From the NCBI GenBank assembly GCA_043228905.1, contig JBHGNT010000001.1, forward strand, positions 5,456,001 through 5,520,000: 64,000 bases of DNA. Reading direction: 5' to 3'. A program made the position numbers and the translations under genes. How positions within the stretch are numbered: the first letter of the stretch is position 1; every line of letters starts with the position of its first letter. Source of the DNA: Azolla caroliniana. Taxonomy: Eukaryota > Plantae > Polypodiophyta. The notes under the pieces are model-generated. The model worked only from the letters and a program-made list of their open reading frames with translations. It was not told the origin of the DNA and made no database searches. Positions 61,842 through 64,000 of the stretch are shown in pieces.

Positions 61842-63893
61842 GTATAGCCTTTGTTGGCTAGGTTTTTTCGGAGTATTTGTAATGCAAAAACAATTGTTAT
61901 CACGGATTATATCCTTTGCATTCATTGTTATAGATTGTTGTACTTCTATATCGTTGTCAACATATCAGATGATAGTATACCCACTGGATCAATTCTAAAA
62001 GTCAAGACTTTTCTTACATTGACAAATATTGATAGAAGAGATTAATATAATTTCAGTCGAATTCATGTTTAGCTTTCTATATGCAACATGGTGCTTATGT
62101 AATGAGACATTATGTGTAAGAGAATTTCGAAAGACTTATCCCCAAAAATGACCGCTATAGAGTTACGCAATTATCTTTCAAATAAATATAATTTGTGCTT
62201 TGCAGTATGGCACATTGGTGGTAGGTTCAATTATAAAAAAATGAGGTTTGAGGGCGTGCTCATTGTAAGAATTCCTCATATATCTAGTTAATCATATCTT
62301 GCAAACATTAATAGCCTTCCGGGTGTGACACAAGACATTGGTTAACTTTTCCATGGCACCAACAGTGAAAACGATGGCATTGAAAAAACTCTCTCGTTTA
62401 ACGTTTTTTCTCAATATGGAGACATTTGTAATGCATCATTACTACTTTTTTTCTACTTAAGGTTGGAATCTATCTCCTCATTGAATATAACTCGTGTTCT
62501 TTGTCAACTTGATTCATTTTTTACCCTTACAATCTATTTTTCATCTAATCACATGTTAATAACTTCTTGGTTAAAAAGATTCCTACCATGCATCATCTAT
62601 TCTCTCACATTTTCTTTTTTTAGGATTGTACTCTCATTAAATGCATGCTTGTGTAAATGGTCTAGACTCTACCCTTATCAAGTCTCATGGGTGCCGTATT
62701 GTTTCACAAACACACATTCATGTTTTAAGATCTTTATTGCTATGCTTGTTTATAAGATTTTATGAGCTGCCCACATTTTTTCCCCCCAAGAAGTGAACAA
62801 GCTATAAGATGTATATTATTTTGTTCTCGTGAGTTACACTGACTTGTGTAGATGGGTTAATGCACCTCTCCTTTCTACAAGATGGTTGCAATTCCCTTCA
62901 ACCAAGGCTAACAATTTCCTATTAGAAGGAAACTTGTTTGAATAGTCAAGGAAAAGACCTTGACATTGCAAAGCAATTTCATGAGATGTAAAGGGAAATT
63001 TGCAGCTTGAAGAGTTTATAGATCTCTTGATTGATAGTTTTTGGGTACTTCACACAACTTGAAGGGTTTACACATCTATCACTTGATAGATTTAATTTAT
63101 AATAACAACCTTCATTTTTTGTTTTTTAGATTCTATCTAGATTATGGAAATCTTGAGAAGTGCAGACAATTCAGCTCACTCTAGCAAATTGATGTCTTTT
63201 GCATGTAAATGTGTAAGAAATAATAATTAGCATAACAACCATTTTGTAATATGTCGAGATGTTGGAATACACTAACAAATATGTTTTCAAGCTGTTTGGT
63301 TGTATTGTCTCATGGCTAGATTGGCAAGCTATGTGGAGTATTTTGACATGACCTAGAAACATTTGACCTATGTATGCATTATGTATTTAAATACCAATGA
63401 CCAAACTGGTTTTTGAAAATTACAACATACATAAATAGAGGTAAGCATTAGGCAACATTAACTTCATATTGTTTCTTGGCCAAATTTATACATAAGGTTA
63501 TTTTTTATGTTCTCACAAATTGCCATACATTTTTCTTTTTTACTATGTTTTTGTTTGGGAAACCATGTTGCAATGGATATTACTTGGTCCTCCACCCAAA
63601 TGAGGTGCCAAGACGTTTGCTATAGATAATAGTGTGGGACAGGGATTTCGAATTCTAAGGTACAAAATATTTTGTTCCCTTCATATATGAAATTTTGAGT
63701 TGAGTATAGCAAACTTGGCTAGAAATATGCAAATTGATAAAAGAAAGTTTGTTACCATTAACTTGATTCTTCATGAAAAATGTACAAAAGATGACAGAAA
63801 ACAAAGTGATATCTCTTACGCTATTGTATTCCCTCAATTAGGACACCTGAGAGGGAAAATGGCAACTTGATTGGCCTAGTGTGAACCCCCCTA

Positions 63894-63942
<49 letters not shown>
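63894..63942. repeat. (GT)n(GA)n microsatellite
   Basis: Direct read. Confidence 0.95.
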
Positions 63943-64000
63943 CTTTTTTACATGATCTCTTGTCCATAATATTGTGAGTAATGAAATTGCCATCTTTGGC

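Overview
Eukaryotic land-plant nuclear DNA: AT-rich, with GT-AG introns and many microsatellites. A fern-like or other non-seed lineage is my guess only. Seven host genes can be reconstructed exon by exon: EMC1 (-, runs off the left edge), a RimI-like GNAT acetyltransferase (-), a RimP/UPF0090-like organellar protein (+), an HD-Zip I transcription factor (+), plastid NAD-MDH (-, intronless), AP-1/2 beta-adaptin (+, with two consecutive GC-AG introns) and an FLZ/DUF581 zinc-finger protein (-). Several elements lie between them. An internally deleted chromoviral Ty3/gypsy element still has its 5-bp TSD. A full-length but decayed Ty1/copia element (TSD CTAGG) sits in a minisatellite; its Pol continues about 175 codons past RNase H between two identical PPT motifs, and its 3' LTR carries a 1.4-kb nested insertion. 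A small GA-microsatellite-associated element is built from two convergent tRNA-like heads. A CDKA pseudogene exon has had its 3' end amplified into a 111-bp satellite. There are also older LINE and copia relics. All coordinates and alignments were worked out by eye and homologue comparisons are from memory; no database searches were run.
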